Assembly (NCBI GenBank): GCA_041697335.1
Contig: JBGUGD010000010.1
Location: 28,883 to 92,882, forward strand
Origin: Vampirovibrionaceae bacterium NZW_1234
GTDB taxonomy: Bacteria > Cyanobacteriota > Vampirovibrionia > Vampirovibrionales > JAGQHJ01
Length of the DNA: 64,000 bases
Direction: 5' to 3'
The notes under the pieces are model-generated. The model searched no databases. It was not told where the DNA came from and saw nothing but the letters and a program-made list of their open reading frames with translations. A program made the translations under genes and the position numbers. Below, piece after piece: positions 21,597 to 31,447 of the stretch; the first letter of the stretch is position 1; the number at the start of each line of letters is the position of its first letter.

Positions 21597-23786
21597 ATGG
21601 AATTTAACATTGTTGAACAGACCTTGATGATTGATGACAAACAGGTCACCCTTCGCACAGGTGAGTTGGCTCGTGCAGCCAATGGTGCGGTGACAGTGAC
21701 TTGTGGCGATACCGTGATTCTGGTGTCTGCCACTGGGAGTAAAAAGCCTCGTCCCGGCATTGATTTCTTTCCACTGCTGGTGGATTACGAAGAAAAAATG
21801 TTTGCCGTGGGCCGCTTGCCGGGTGGGTTTATTAAACGTGAAGGCCGTCCCTCGGAGAAGGCTGTGCTCACGTCTCGTCTGATTGATCGCCCTATTCGTC
21901 CGCTTTGGCCGGATGGGTATCGCAACGATGTTCAAATTGTCGCAACCCCATTAAGCGTATCCAGCGAGAATCCGCCGGATGTGCTGGCTGTATTGGGTGC
22001 CTCTGCCGCCCTTATGCTCTCGGGGCTTCCCTTTGAGGGGCCCATTGGTGCCGTACGTATTGGCATTCATGAAGGCGAAATGGTCGTTAACCCGTCACAC
22101 GAGCAGATTGAGAAAAGCGATCTGGATTTGGTGGTGGCTGGGACGGCCAGCTCTATTCTGATGGTTGAAGCCGGTGCCAGCTTTGTGAACGAAGATGCCA
22201 TGCTTCGGGCCATTGAATACGCCCACGAAGAGATTAAAAAGCAGGTTCAGGCTCAAATCGAGTTTGCCCAAAAATGTGGTGTCGAGCGGACACCCTTTGT
22301 GCCGACCGAAGACCTGACCCCCTTGTATGAGTTTGCCTCCCAGTTACTGTTGGATGACATTAACGCAGCCTTTCATGACTTTGAGCGGGAATCTCGCCAG
22401 GAAAAACTGGAAGCGGCCCGGACCAAACTGGACGAAGCCGTTGCTGCTCTGGCGGAAGATCACCCCATTAAAGTGCTTTTAGCCTCTTCCGAATTGGATT
22501 TTGTGTCTGAAATCTTCAAGAAGGTCGAGAAAAAAGTGATGCGGGCCATGGTTATCAATGAAAATGTCCGTGCCGATGGTCGTAAGCCGGAAGAAATCCG
22601 ACCCATCACTTGCCGGGTGGGCTTGTTGCCTCGTACTCACGGCAGCGGTCTCTTTACCCGAGGCAATACTCAAGTTCTGTCTCTCTGTACCCTGGGTTCG
22701 CCCGGGGATGCCCAATCCCTGGACGGTGTGGATCCGATGACGGAAAAACGCTGGATTCACCACTATAACTTCCCCGGCTTCTCCGTGGGTGAAGTCAAGC
22801 CCCTTCGCGGCGCAGGGCGTCGTGAAATTGGGCACGGTGCGCTTGCCGAACGTGCCATTACGGCTTCTTTGCCGCCGAAAGAAGAGTTTGGCTACACCAT
22901 TCGTGTGAACTCCGAAGTCTTGGAATCCAACGGGTCGACGAGTATGGCCAGTACCTGTGCGGCTTCGCTTTCCTTGATGGATGCCGGTGTGCCGGTATCG
23001 ACCCCCATTGGCGGGATTGCCATGGGCCTGATTAAAGAAGGCGACCAGTACAAGGTTCTTTCCGACATTCAGGGTGTTGAAGACTTCCTGGGTGATATGG
23101 ATTTTAAAGTCACCGGGAACGAGACCGGGATTACGGCCTTGCAGATGGACATCAAGATCCAGGGGATCTCGGTGGACATTATGCGCAATGCCTTGGAACA
23201 GGCCCGGGTCGGGCGGCTTCATATCCTGTCCAAAATGACCGAAGCCATTCGAGAGCCGCGTCCAGCCCTGTCGCCTTACGCCCCGCGGATGATCACCATG
23301 AAGATCGATCCCGATACCATTGGGACGGTTATTGGCCCGGGTGGGAAGATGATTCGCTCCATCATTGAAGAAACGGGTGCCACCATTGACATTGAAGACA
23401 GTGGTCTGGTCACCATTACTTCTTCGGGTGATGGCGGCGAGCGGGCTCGTGACATCATTAAGCGCCTGACCATGAAGATTGAGCGGGGTCTGGTGACTAA
23501 AGGGCGTGTGGTCCGCATCATTCCGGCCGGTGCCTTTGTCGAAATCACGCCAGGTAAAGACGGCATGGTGCACATCTCTCAACTGGAAAACCGTCGGGTT
23601 GAAAAGGTGGAAGATGTGGTCCGGGTGGGTGATCAGGTCGTTGTGAAAGTGGTCGAAATCGACGATCGCGGCCGGATTAACCTCACCATGAAAGGGGTTA
23701 CCCCCGAAGAGCGGGCTCCCTTTGAAACCAATGGGGCGGCTGAAACCGTTGACGCACCCGAGCACGCTGAACAACCCGTTGGCTAG
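21597..23786 (+). CDS. pnp: Polyribonucleotide nucleotidyltransferase
   Basis: DFFPLLVDYEE, RLIDRPIRP, RREIGHGALA, ESNGSTSMAS, GDMDFKV, KH and S1 domains. Confidence 0.99.
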   Translation: MEFNIVEQTLMIDDKQVTLRTGELARAANGAVTVTCGDTVILVSATGSKKPRPGIDFFPLLVDYEEKMFAVGRLPGGFIKREGRPSEKAVLTSRLIDRPIRPLWPDGYRNDVQIVATPLSVSSENPPDVLAVLGASAALMLSGLPFEGPIGAVRIGIHEGEMVVNPSHEQIEKSDLDLVVAGTASSILMVEAGASFVNEDAMLRAIEYAHEEIKKQVQAQIEFAQKCGVERTPFVPTEDLTPLYEFASQLLLDDINAAFHDFERESRQEKLEAARTKLDEAVAALAEDHPIKVLLASSELDFVSEIFKKVEKKVMRAMVINENVRADGRKPEEIRPITCRVGLLPRTHGSGLFTRGNTQVLSLCTLGSPGDAQSLDGVDPMTEKRWIHHYNFPGFSVGEVKPLRGAGRREIGHGALAERAITASLPPKEEFGYTIRVNSEVLESNGSTSMASTCAASLSLMDAGVPVSTPIGGIAMGLIKEGDQYKVLSDIQGVEDFLGDMDFKVTGNETGITALQMDIKIQGISVDIMRNALEQARVGRLHILSKMTEAIREPRPALSPYAPRMITMKIDPDTIGTVIGPGGKMIRSIIEETGATIDIEDSGLVTITSSGDGGERARDIIKRLTMKIERGLVTKGRVVRIIPAGAFVEITPGKDGMVHISQLENRRVEKVEDVVRVGDQVVVKVVEIDDRGRINLTMKGVTPEERAPFETNGAAETVDAPEHAEQPVG

Positions 23787-25170
23787 TGCCCTTCAGGGGC
23801 TGTGCCAACTGAATAATCATCGCTTTCATGTGCCGGCTCATGCCGGCCATGACGCGATTGGGCTCCTGGATCACATGGGTCTCGGTCCCTTTGCACTGGA
23901 TTTGACAGAGCTGCCGCCCTTGGACGTTTTGGGCCAACCGACCGGCGTTTTGAAGGACTCACAGGCCATGGTGGCGCGCCTGTATGGGGCAGCCCACAGT
24001 TTTTACCTGGTTAATGGTGCCTCGGTCGGGATTATGGCCGCTCTATTGGCCGCCGGGGTCCGAGAGGGCGATACGGTCCTGGTGGCCCGCAATTGCCACC
24101 GCTCCGTGATTCACGGACTCATTTTAAACGGAGCCACGCCCGTCTGGATTCTTCCGGAATCGCATCCGGATTGGGGTATTTGGGGATCCGTGTCGATGGC
24201 ATCGGTGGACGCGGCCTTGCGAGAGACGCCCCAGGCTCGGGTGCTGGTGATGACCCACCCGACCTATGAAGGCATTTCGTCTGATGTCCTGGCCATTGCC
24301 GATGTGTGTCATCGGCATGGGGTGATTCTCATCGTGGATGAGGCCCATGGGAGCCTCTGGCCGATTACACCGGGGATGCCGGTTTCAGCCCTTCAGGCGG
24401 GTGCCGATGCGGTGATTCATTCGATGCATAAGAGTGGCGGGAGTTTAACACAGACGGCGCTCTTACATCTGTCGGCCGGTTCAAGCCTGATGCCGGAAAT
24501 GGTGCAGCAGGCTTTGAACGTGCTTCAAACCACCAGCCCTTCCTACTATTTGCTGGCGAACCTGGAGGCTACGGCCCTTTGGATGGGCTCTAAGGAAGGA
24601 CAGGGTTGGATCCAGTCACGCCTGGAACGAATCTCTCGTTTTCGAGAGTGGCTGGTAGAGACATGTGTGACGATTCAGGCATGGTCGGATAACTCGGATA
24701 GGGAGCAATTTCAGGTGTTTCTCAAATCGTCCGTGATGTCCGGGGAAGCCTTTGCCATGATGTTGGAAGAGGCCTACGGCATTTCCTTCGAGTCTTACTC
24801 CTCTCATGGGGTTCTGCTTCAAATCAATCCCGGCCTTGAAGAAAAGGCTTTGGAAGCGTTAAAAACTGCACTGGTAGCCATTGATGGCCAGAGCCAATTG
24901 ATGCCGCTCTGGAATGGCAGCCAGGCGACAGGACAGGTTCGATTTGAGCGTCCTCAGTTACGGATATCGCCGCGTGAGGCGTTTTGGGCCCCCGGAGAGT
25001 CTGTTCAGCCTGAGGATGCTCTGGGACGTATTTGTAAACAGATTGTGGCGACCTGTCCGCCTGGGATCCCCATCTTGATGCCGGGTGAGATCATTACGGA
25101 CTGGCATTTGGGCTTCTTGGAAGAACCGGTGCTGGTGGTCGCGGCGGATGCGTGTTCATCGCGTACGTAA
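23731..25170 (+). CDS. Orn/Lys/Arg decarboxylase (class I, PLP-dependent)
   Basis: FHVPAH, DLTEL, LVNGAS, RNCHRS, PTYEG, VDEAHG, HSMHK (PLP lysine), TTSPSY, PPGIPILMPGE. Start uncertain (23722-23749) and overlaps pnp. Confidence 0.9.
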   Translation: MGRLKPLTHPSTLNNPLASALQGLCQLNNHRFHVPAHAGHDAIGLLDHMGLGPFALDLTELPPLDVLGQPTGVLKDSQAMVARLYGAAHSFYLVNGASVGIMAALLAAGVREGDTVLVARNCHRSVIHGLILNGATPVWILPESHPDWGIWGSVSMASVDAALRETPQARVLVMTHPTYEGISSDVLAIADVCHRHGVILIVDEAHGSLWPITPGMPVSALQAGADAVIHSMHKSGGSLTQTALLHLSAGSSLMPEMVQQALNVLQTTSPSYYLLANLEATALWMGSKEGQGWIQSRLERISRFREWLVETCVTIQAWSDNSDREQFQVFLKSSVMSGEAFAMMLEEAYGISFESYSSHGVLLQINPGLEEKALEALKTALVAIDGQSQLMPLWNGSQATGQVRFERPQLRISPREAFWAPGESVQPEDALGRICKQIVATCPPGIPILMPGEIITDWHLGFLEEPVLVVAADACSSRT

Positions 25171-25206
25171 GCATGGAGCCGGGGCCCTGTGCTTTAGGAT
25201 ATGAGC

Positions 25207-25527
25207 CTAAGTCGCATCATGCTGGTTGTCAAAGATATCAATGATGGAGCCAACCACTTCGGTTGCCTTTTGAAAGGCCATGGCATTGGAGAGATAGCTG
25301 AATTCGGCCTGTTTGAGATAGATGAGGTTACTGGCCAAATCCATGCTGAAGACCGACTCTTGAGAGCCTAGTCGGCTTTGCACCCCGCCACCATTGGGAG
25401 CTGGGGTGGTAATCACTTCCTGCTCATCAATTGGGGGCGGCGTATTGAGGTTGGCTATGTTCTGTGCTGCGGCATTAAAGCGTAACCGGGCGTCATTCAT
25501 GCCGCTGGCTGGAATTGACAGGTCCAT
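25207..25527 (-). CDS. Flagellar basal-body rod (FlgC-like) short protein
   Basis: N-terminal SGM..A..RFNAAAQNIANLNTP. C-terminal DLASNLIYLKQAEFSYLSNA..F....GSIIDI. Confidence 0.8.
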   Translation of the reverse strand: MDLSIPASGMNDARLRFNAAAQNIANLNTPPPIDEQEVITTPAPNGGGVQSRLGSQESVFSMDLASNLIYLKQAEFSYLSNAMAFQKATEVVGSIIDIFDNQHDAT

Positions 25528-25695
25528 CGCGCTCGCTTGATTTTGGGGTGATAAAAGGAACGGTCCCCCTGGCAAGGGGCTATTATGGTTATACCCAGTT
25601 GGGGTGGTATTGAATCATGGGAATTTGACTCTGGGCGAGGTACAATACCTAACGTTCACCTAAGGTCCCAAATGTCCAAATGGAGGAACCATTCA

Positions 25696-25956
25696 ATGGC
25701 AACACCGAAAGAACCCAGAGACGGAAGCGTCACCATTGCCGGTGTTTACTGGCTGGCTCGGATGATTGATAAAGCCCGTTTAGAGGCGGCCGGTCAAATT
25801 GAAATCTTTGATTTGGAATACCCATGTCCTATGGATCAGCGTTTATTGCGGGATTTGGGCTTGAGCGGCCAAGAGTTCCAGAACATTGCCGTGAATGCCC
25901 AGAGCGATGAGGAGATTGTTGAGGCCTTGAAAGCCCGCAACGCATTGCCGGTTTAG
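25696..25956 (+). CDS. DUF5069-like small protein
   Basis: PR....IAGVYWLARMIDKAR..A.G....YPCPMD..LL. GGAGG RBS. Confidence 0.75.
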   Translation: MATPKEPRDGSVTIAGVYWLARMIDKARLEAAGQIEIFDLEYPCPMDQRLLRDLGLSGQEFQNIAVNAQSDEEIVEALKARNALPV

Positions 25957-26037
25957 CGCCTGAGGCTTTAATCGCATCGGGATTTCACCTATAATGCCCA
26001 TATATAAGGTAGTTTGCGATTTTTGAGGAATGGACCC

Positions 26038-26328
26038 ATGACGGATGTTGAAAACGTAACAGCGGACAGTGCCACGGCGACCGAATCGGTCAGCTCGGTT
26101 GATATGATGGTTCGGGTTCAGGAAGTTCTGGACGCGGTTCGTCCTTATCTTCAGGCCGATGGCGGTGACTGTGAGTTGATTGATGTGACGCCGGAGGGCG
26201 TGGTTCAATTGAAGCTCCACGGGGCGTGCGGCTCGTGTCCCAGCTCTACCTATACCCTGAAATTGGGGATTGAAGAGCAGCTCAAGCAGCATGTTCCTGG
26301 CATTGTCGAGGTGCAGCAGGTCTTTTAG
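26038..26328 (+). CDS. NifU/Nfu-type Fe-S cluster carrier
   Basis: [27 protein letters not shown]. Confidence 0.93.
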   Translation: MTDVENVTADSATATESVSSVDMMVRVQEVLDAVRPYLQADGGDCELIDVTPEGVVQLKLHGACGSCPSSTYTLKLGIEEQLKQHVPGIVEVQQVF

Positions 26329-27494
26329 TGGGCTCCTCTGGAGAATCATCCCTGACACAAACGCTGGCCTCCCTGGCGAAGGAGCATCGCCTCCGAAGCT
26401 TGCGGACGATGCGTCCCCTTTGTCGTCCCGAAATTGTTCTGGACGGGCAGTCGCGGGTTGATTTTTGCAGCAACGATTACCTGGGCTTGTCCCAGCATCC
26501 GGCTTTGAAAGCCGCTACTCAGGCAGCGGTGGATCAGTATGGCACCGGAACCGGCGGCGCTCGCCTTATCGGGGGCACTCTGGACTTGCATACGCAATTG
26601 GAAGAGGCTGTGGCTGCCTTTAAAGGGACCGAAGCGGCTTTGGTGTTTAATAGCGGCTATCAGGCCAATGTGGGTGTTCTTTCGGGGTTGGTTCAGCGAC
26701 GGGATATAATTCTGGCGGATAAACTCAATCACGCCAGCTTGGTGGACGGCGCCTTGTTGGCTCAAGCCAAGCTGATTCGCTATCCTCATCTGGATTTGAC
26801 GGCTTTAGAAGATAAGTTGGCGCACTGTCCCAAAGGGGTGCAAAAGTGGATTGTGACCGATACGGTCTTTTCCATGGATGGGGATCAGGCGGATTTGACG
26901 GCCTTGGCGGCCTTAATGGAACGTTATGATGCCTGGCTGATTCTGGATGAGGCCCACGCAACCGGGATCTATGGGGAACATCATCGCAGTGGTCTGTGGG
27001 AAACAACGGGTATCGGGGCCCACCCCAGGGTGATCCAAATTGGCACCTTTAGCAAAGCCCTCGGGAGTTTTGGGGCCTATGTCGCTGCTTCACGAGAAGT
27101 GGTGACGGCACTGATCCAGTTTAGTCGCAGTTTTGTCTACTCAACGTCACTGCCTCCCGGGGTCGTTGCGGCCAATCTTGCGGCCTTGGAGCTGGTTCAG
27201 GAAGAGGCCGCGTTGACGCAGCAGTTGTGGGCCAATGTGGATGGGTTTCGAGGTCGTCTTGACGCATTGAATCTGGGGCTGCCTGCGTGGCGAAGCCCCA
27301 TTATCCCCTGGATTTTAGGGGACGCTTCACGGACGGTTCAGGCGGCTCAAACGCTTCTGGAGGCCGGGTTTTTTGTGCAGGCCATACGCCCGCCCACAGT
27401 GCCTGAGGGCACGGCGCGTCTTCGGATTACCGTTTCGTCCCTCCACCAGCCGGATCACCTTGAGGCCCTGGCGCAGGTCTTGAAAACACTCTAG
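26328..27494 (+). CDS. bioF: 8-amino-7-oxononanoate synthase
   Basis: FCSNDYLGL, FNSGYQAN, LNHASL, FSMDGD, DEAHA, GTFSKALG, IRPPTVP. Confidence 0.94.
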   Translation: MGSSGESSLTQTLASLAKEHRLRSLRTMRPLCRPEIVLDGQSRVDFCSNDYLGLSQHPALKAATQAAVDQYGTGTGGARLIGGTLDLHTQLEEAVAAFKGTEAALVFNSGYQANVGVLSGLVQRRDIILADKLNHASLVDGALLAQAKLIRYPHLDLTALEDKLAHCPKGVQKWIVTDTVFSMDGDQADLTALAALMERYDAWLILDEAHATGIYGEHHRSGLWETTGIGAHPRVIQIGTFSKALGSFGAYVAASREVVTALIQFSRSFVYSTSLPPGVVAANLAALELVQEEAALTQQLWANVDGFRGRLDALNLGLPAWRSPIIPWILGDASRTVQAAQTLLEAGFFVQAIRPPTVPEGTARLRITVSSLHQPDHLEALAQVLKTL

Positions 27495-27623
27495 GCTGCC
27501 TTTCGTAGAGATATGCCTGAGCAACATTTGAGGTTGATGGGGTTTTCTCTGTATGTCTCTGTCTCGTAAACCCGTTGCCGTATCGCGTTGGCCTGGAGCT
27601 TTTGTGCTGTGTTTCTGTCCCCC

Positions 27624-28709
27624 ATGTCTCGGATGTATTCGCCCCACCCATCAATGCCACGTTTGATGAAACGAGACTCCCACTCCCGGCGGTTTGGGAG
27701 TGAATCTCAGGCTAAACCTTCAACAGCCCTGGCGATTCCTGAAGCCGTGAAAATTGTACCCAATCCCAGACTCTCCCCAAAGGACGTGTTGGAGCTGTTT
27801 CCCCAAGGGCTAAAAGATCTTGTCTTTCAGCAAGGCACGTTGGAAAACTGTTATTTTTTGGCCTCGGTGGATGCCTTGTCTCGCAATCCCTATGGCAGAA
27901 GACGCCTTATGCAGCTGATTCGTCCCTTGGGGGGCGGCATCTATGACGTCTATTTCCCTGGAAAACCCGGGTCGGTTTATCGCGTTACTCTGGCCGACTT
28001 GGCGATGCCTTGCTTTCGCCAGGCGTCGCTTCGAAATGGAGAGCCCCTTGCATTGATTCGGTTGAAACCGTCACAGGGAGCCCGGGGGGTGCAGATTCTT
28101 GAGCATGCCTTCGGACAAATGCTGTTGGACCTGAAGGGTGACCGATCCCATCCCTGGATCGCTTATCCCGACGGGGCTTCTGCACTGGCGATGTTGGCTT
28201 TGACAGGACATCCCCCTGGTCTTGAGATCAGCACCCGTGTGGCCAAAAATCGTGCATGGGAAGATTCCAACTCCTTCTTGGCGGAATCGCTGACTAAGCC
28301 GGAATTGCTGGATGCCGTGGCGTATGAGTTGAATCAGCTATCAAGACATCCTGCTCGCAACCTGGTAACGGTGGGTACGCCCGCGGAAGAATTGGCCGCC
28401 TTTAATGCGCAGGACGGAACACCCTATGTGGACAAGGTACTTCGCTTTTTGGCAGGCCATGAATTCTCGGTGCGCCATATTGATGCCCAGCGTCGAACCT
28501 TGACCCTGGTTGATCCCCATGATACCGGCCCGACCTTGACGCTGAGCTATGCCGAGTTTTTTCGGTATTTCAACTACTTGCAGGCGACTCCGGTCCCGGA
28601 AGTGTTGTCGGGTGAAGAAGAGCTGCCCATTCCTGCCAGTGATGCCCGTTATGACCCACTTCGCTCGTCGCTGATGGCTGCCATCCGACTGGCTATGCAA
28701 TCAGAATAG
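27624..28709 (+). CDS. Calpain-like (peptidase C2-type) cysteine protease
   Basis: QQGTLENCYFLASVDAL (catalytic Cys), LEHAF, GHEFSV (His), LVDPH at the Asn position. Start uncertain. Confidence 0.75.
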   Translation: MSRMYSPHPSMPRLMKRDSHSRRFGSESQAKPSTALAIPEAVKIVPNPRLSPKDVLELFPQGLKDLVFQQGTLENCYFLASVDALSRNPYGRRRLMQLIRPLGGGIYDVYFPGKPGSVYRVTLADLAMPCFRQASLRNGEPLALIRLKPSQGARGVQILEHAFGQMLLDLKGDRSHPWIAYPDGASALAMLALTGHPPGLEISTRVAKNRAWEDSNSFLAESLTKPELLDAVAYELNQLSRHPARNLVTVGTPAEELAAFNAQDGTPYVDKVLRFLAGHEFSVRHIDAQRRTLTLVDPHDTGPTLTLSYAEFFRYFNYLQATPVPEVLSGEEELPIPASDARYDPLRSSLMAAIRLAMQSE

Positions 28710-28736
28710 TCCTGAAACGTTCTTGATTACTTGAGA

Positions 28737-29375
28737 CTAAAGAGAATCAAAGGTATTGTCCGGGGCGATGGTTGCTTTATATTCCTCGGCATCTTCTTGC
28801 GTTGTTTTCAGGCGATCGATATCCGAACTGGTCAGTTGCCATTCGTTTCGCTTGGTCCTGGGATGCTCCGTGTTCTGTTGTGCTTGGGACTCGCTATTGG
28901 TTGGTTTACTGGGATGATGGCCTGCTGGGATCGGGGCGGCTTCTACTTTTTGCCTGAAACCCTGCAGGCAGTCTTGGACGGCTTTGTATGCCCCTTGGAC
29001 CAGCTCGTCGCTGGAGCCGCCTAAGACGTCCAGGGGCGGCTCGTATTCAATGACAATGCGGACTTGTGTCTGCTCAGGGGAGACGGGATTCAACGTCACA
29101 GCCCCTGCCTGCCGGACATCTGCCTGACGGACCGAATACCAGCTGATGGAATGGTGCCCGCGATCCGGGCGAGGCAGTTCAACAGCCAAATCCCACACCA
29201 TCGGCTTGCCCGTCGGGCCAGTCAGCGTCCAGACCCAGGTGTGGTGTGAGGGATTGTGCTGATGGACCTCCTGGACGTAGGGCATAAAGCTGGGGTAGTT
29301 TGGGAAGTCGGCCCAGACCTGATAGCAGGCCTCCAAAGGGGCGTTGACGGTGATGGTTTGATCAATACGGGCCAT
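28737..29375 (-). CDS. SRPBCC / polyketide cyclase-dehydrase family protein
   Basis: ITVNAPLEACYQVWADFPNYPSFMPYV, ISW, GAV, T.V..IEYEPP. GGAGG RBS before MARID. Confidence 0.88.
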   Translation of the reverse strand: MARIDQTITVNAPLEACYQVWADFPNYPSFMPYVQEVHQHNPSHHTWVWTLTGPTGKPMVWDLAVELPRPDRGHHSISWYSVRQADVRQAGAVTLNPVSPEQTQVRIVIEYEPPLDVLGGSSDELVQGAYKAVQDCLQGFRQKVEAAPIPAGHHPSKPTNSESQAQQNTEHPRTKRNEWQLTSSDIDRLKTTQEDAEEYKATIAPDNTFDSL

Positions 29376-29647
29376 AATTTGGGTTCCTCCTATATCCAAT
29401 GAGGGTTTTATGCATCGTAGCTGAACCGCCGAGGCAGCCTGGGCGAGCAAGCCACTCTGGGGGCATTGTAAATGAGGTTCTTGTCGGTGATATGCCCTGA
29501 AGGGGCAATGTTCTGGATTGTTGCTCGGCTTTGGGCACGGGTGACAAACTCAGCCGCGACAGCATATCCGTTGCCTTGTTCTCGCCGTTCGGTTTCGTTA
29601 AGATAGGGAATAGTTCCACCCCCCTGAGAAAGAAGGATACCGAACCC

Positions 29648-31447
29648 ATGCGCATGTCCACCTTGTTGGCACCCACGTTGCGAGAAAACCCAGCAGAGGC
29701 TGAGGTTGTTAGCCATCAGTTATTGATGCGGGCAGGGTATATTCGGCGTCTGGCCAGTGGGATCTATAATTATCTGCCGTTGATGTGGCGGGTGATGAAG
29801 AAAGTGGAAGAGATTGTTCGCCAAGAGATGGATCGTGCCGGGGCTCAGGAATTGTTGATGCCGATTTTACAGCCCGCTGATATCTGGCAGGATTCTGGGC
29901 GCTGGGAAGTCTATGGGAAAGAGCTGATTCGCTTAAAGGATCGCCATGATCGCGACTGTGTCTTGGGGCCAACCCATGAAGAAGTAATTACCACTATTGC
30001 CAAGAACGAAGTCCACTCCTATCGTCAGTTGCCGGTGAATCTGTATCAGATTCAAAACAAATATCGGGATGAAATTCGCCCGAGATTTGGCTTGTTGCGA
30101 GGCCGGGAGTTTATTATGAAGGATGCTTACAGCTTTCATGCCTCCGATGCCGATTTGGATCGGGAGTACAACGTCATGGCAGAGACCTATAAAAATATCT
30201 TCAAACGCTGTGGTCTGGAGACGCGGATGGTTCGTAGCGATAGCGGCGCCATTGGTGGGGATGTCAGTCATGAATTTATGGTTCTGACCCAAACCCACAG
30301 TGGGGAGTGTGATGTGTATTATTGTAATCAATGCGAATATGCCGCCAATGGCAACCGGGCAGAGTCGATTTTGCCTCCTGCCGACGTCAATGGGGCCAGT
30401 CAGTTTCCAGAAGCCAAGGCCATGGAGACGCCCAACTGCACCACCATTGATGAATTGGCGACCTTCTTAAAGATTGCACCCAGCCTGATCTGTAAGGCCC
30501 TGCTCTACATTAAAGATGAGAAAGAGCCGGTTTTGGCCCTGATTCGGGGTGATCTGGAAGTGGAAGAGGTTAAGCTGCAAAATGCGGCGGGTGCCAACGA
30601 GATTCGCTTGGCTTCGGCTGAAGAAGTCGCACGCTATTCTCAGAGCGAAAAAGGCTATGTGGGTGTTGGGGACTGGACGCTTACCGTGAAAGACGGCAAG
30701 ATTTTCTGGGGGCCGCAAGGTGGCCAAGCTATCTGGACGTTAATGGACAGCAGTTTGGAGGCCTTATCTCACTTTGTGGTCGGTATGAACCGCAAGGATT
30801 ACCATAAAGTGGGCTTTACCTGGCCCAGTTCACCCAGCCTCCAGGGGATGTTTTCTGATCTGCGTTTGGCTCGCGTGGGCGATACGTGTCCCGAGTGCCA
30901 ATCCGGAACCCTGGAAATGACCCGGGGCATTGAAGTGGGAAATATCTTCAAGCTGGGAACCAAGTACTCCCGAAAGATGAATGCAACCTACAGCACCGAA
31001 GACGGCAAGGAAGAGCCCTTTATCATGGGCTGCTATGGCATCGGGATCAGCCGGACTGCTGCGGCCGCTGTGGAGCGCTATCATGATGAGAACGGGATCA
31101 TCTGGCCGATTCCGATTGCCCCCTACCATGTCGTGGTGATTCCCGTGAATACTGGCGATGAGACCCAAATGTCTCTGGCTACCCAGGTCTATGACACGCT
31201 GAAGGCGGCAGGCATTGAGGTGGTGATGGATGATCGCGATGAACGAGCCGGGGTCAAGTTTAAAGACGCCGATTTATTAGGCTTTCCCTTACGCCTGACG
31301 GCGGGTAAGAAGGCCGCTGAAGGAATTCTGGAATTTAAACGGCGTTCTGACGGGTCCATGCAGGACGTTGCGGTGGGTGATGTGTTAGACTTTGTGAAAA
31401 AGCAACTGGCAGAAGGCCAAGTGGAAGCGGTTTTGACCCATGTCTGA
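29648..31447 (+). CDS. proS: Proline--tRNA ligase (bacterial type with editing domain)
   Basis: [55 protein letters not shown]. Confidence 0.98.
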   Translation: MRMSTLLAPTLRENPAEAEVVSHQLLMRAGYIRRLASGIYNYLPLMWRVMKKVEEIVRQEMDRAGAQELLMPILQPADIWQDSGRWEVYGKELIRLKDRHDRDCVLGPTHEEVITTIAKNEVHSYRQLPVNLYQIQNKYRDEIRPRFGLLRGREFIMKDAYSFHASDADLDREYNVMAETYKNIFKRCGLETRMVRSDSGAIGGDVSHEFMVLTQTHSGECDVYYCNQCEYAANGNRAESILPPADVNGASQFPEAKAMETPNCTTIDELATFLKIAPSLICKALLYIKDEKEPVLALIRGDLEVEEVKLQNAAGANEIRLASAEEVARYSQSEKGYVGVGDWTLTVKDGKIFWGPQGGQAIWTLMDSSLEALSHFVVGMNRKDYHKVGFTWPSSPSLQGMFSDLRLARVGDTCPECQSGTLEMTRGIEVGNIFKLGTKYSRKMNATYSTEDGKEEPFIMGCYGIGISRTAAAAVERYHDENGIIWPIPIAPYHVVVIPVNTGDETQMSLATQVYDTLKAAGIEVVMDDRDERAGVKFKDADLLGFPLRLTAGKKAAEGILEFKRRSDGSMQDVAVGDVLDFVKKQLAEGQVEAVLTHV

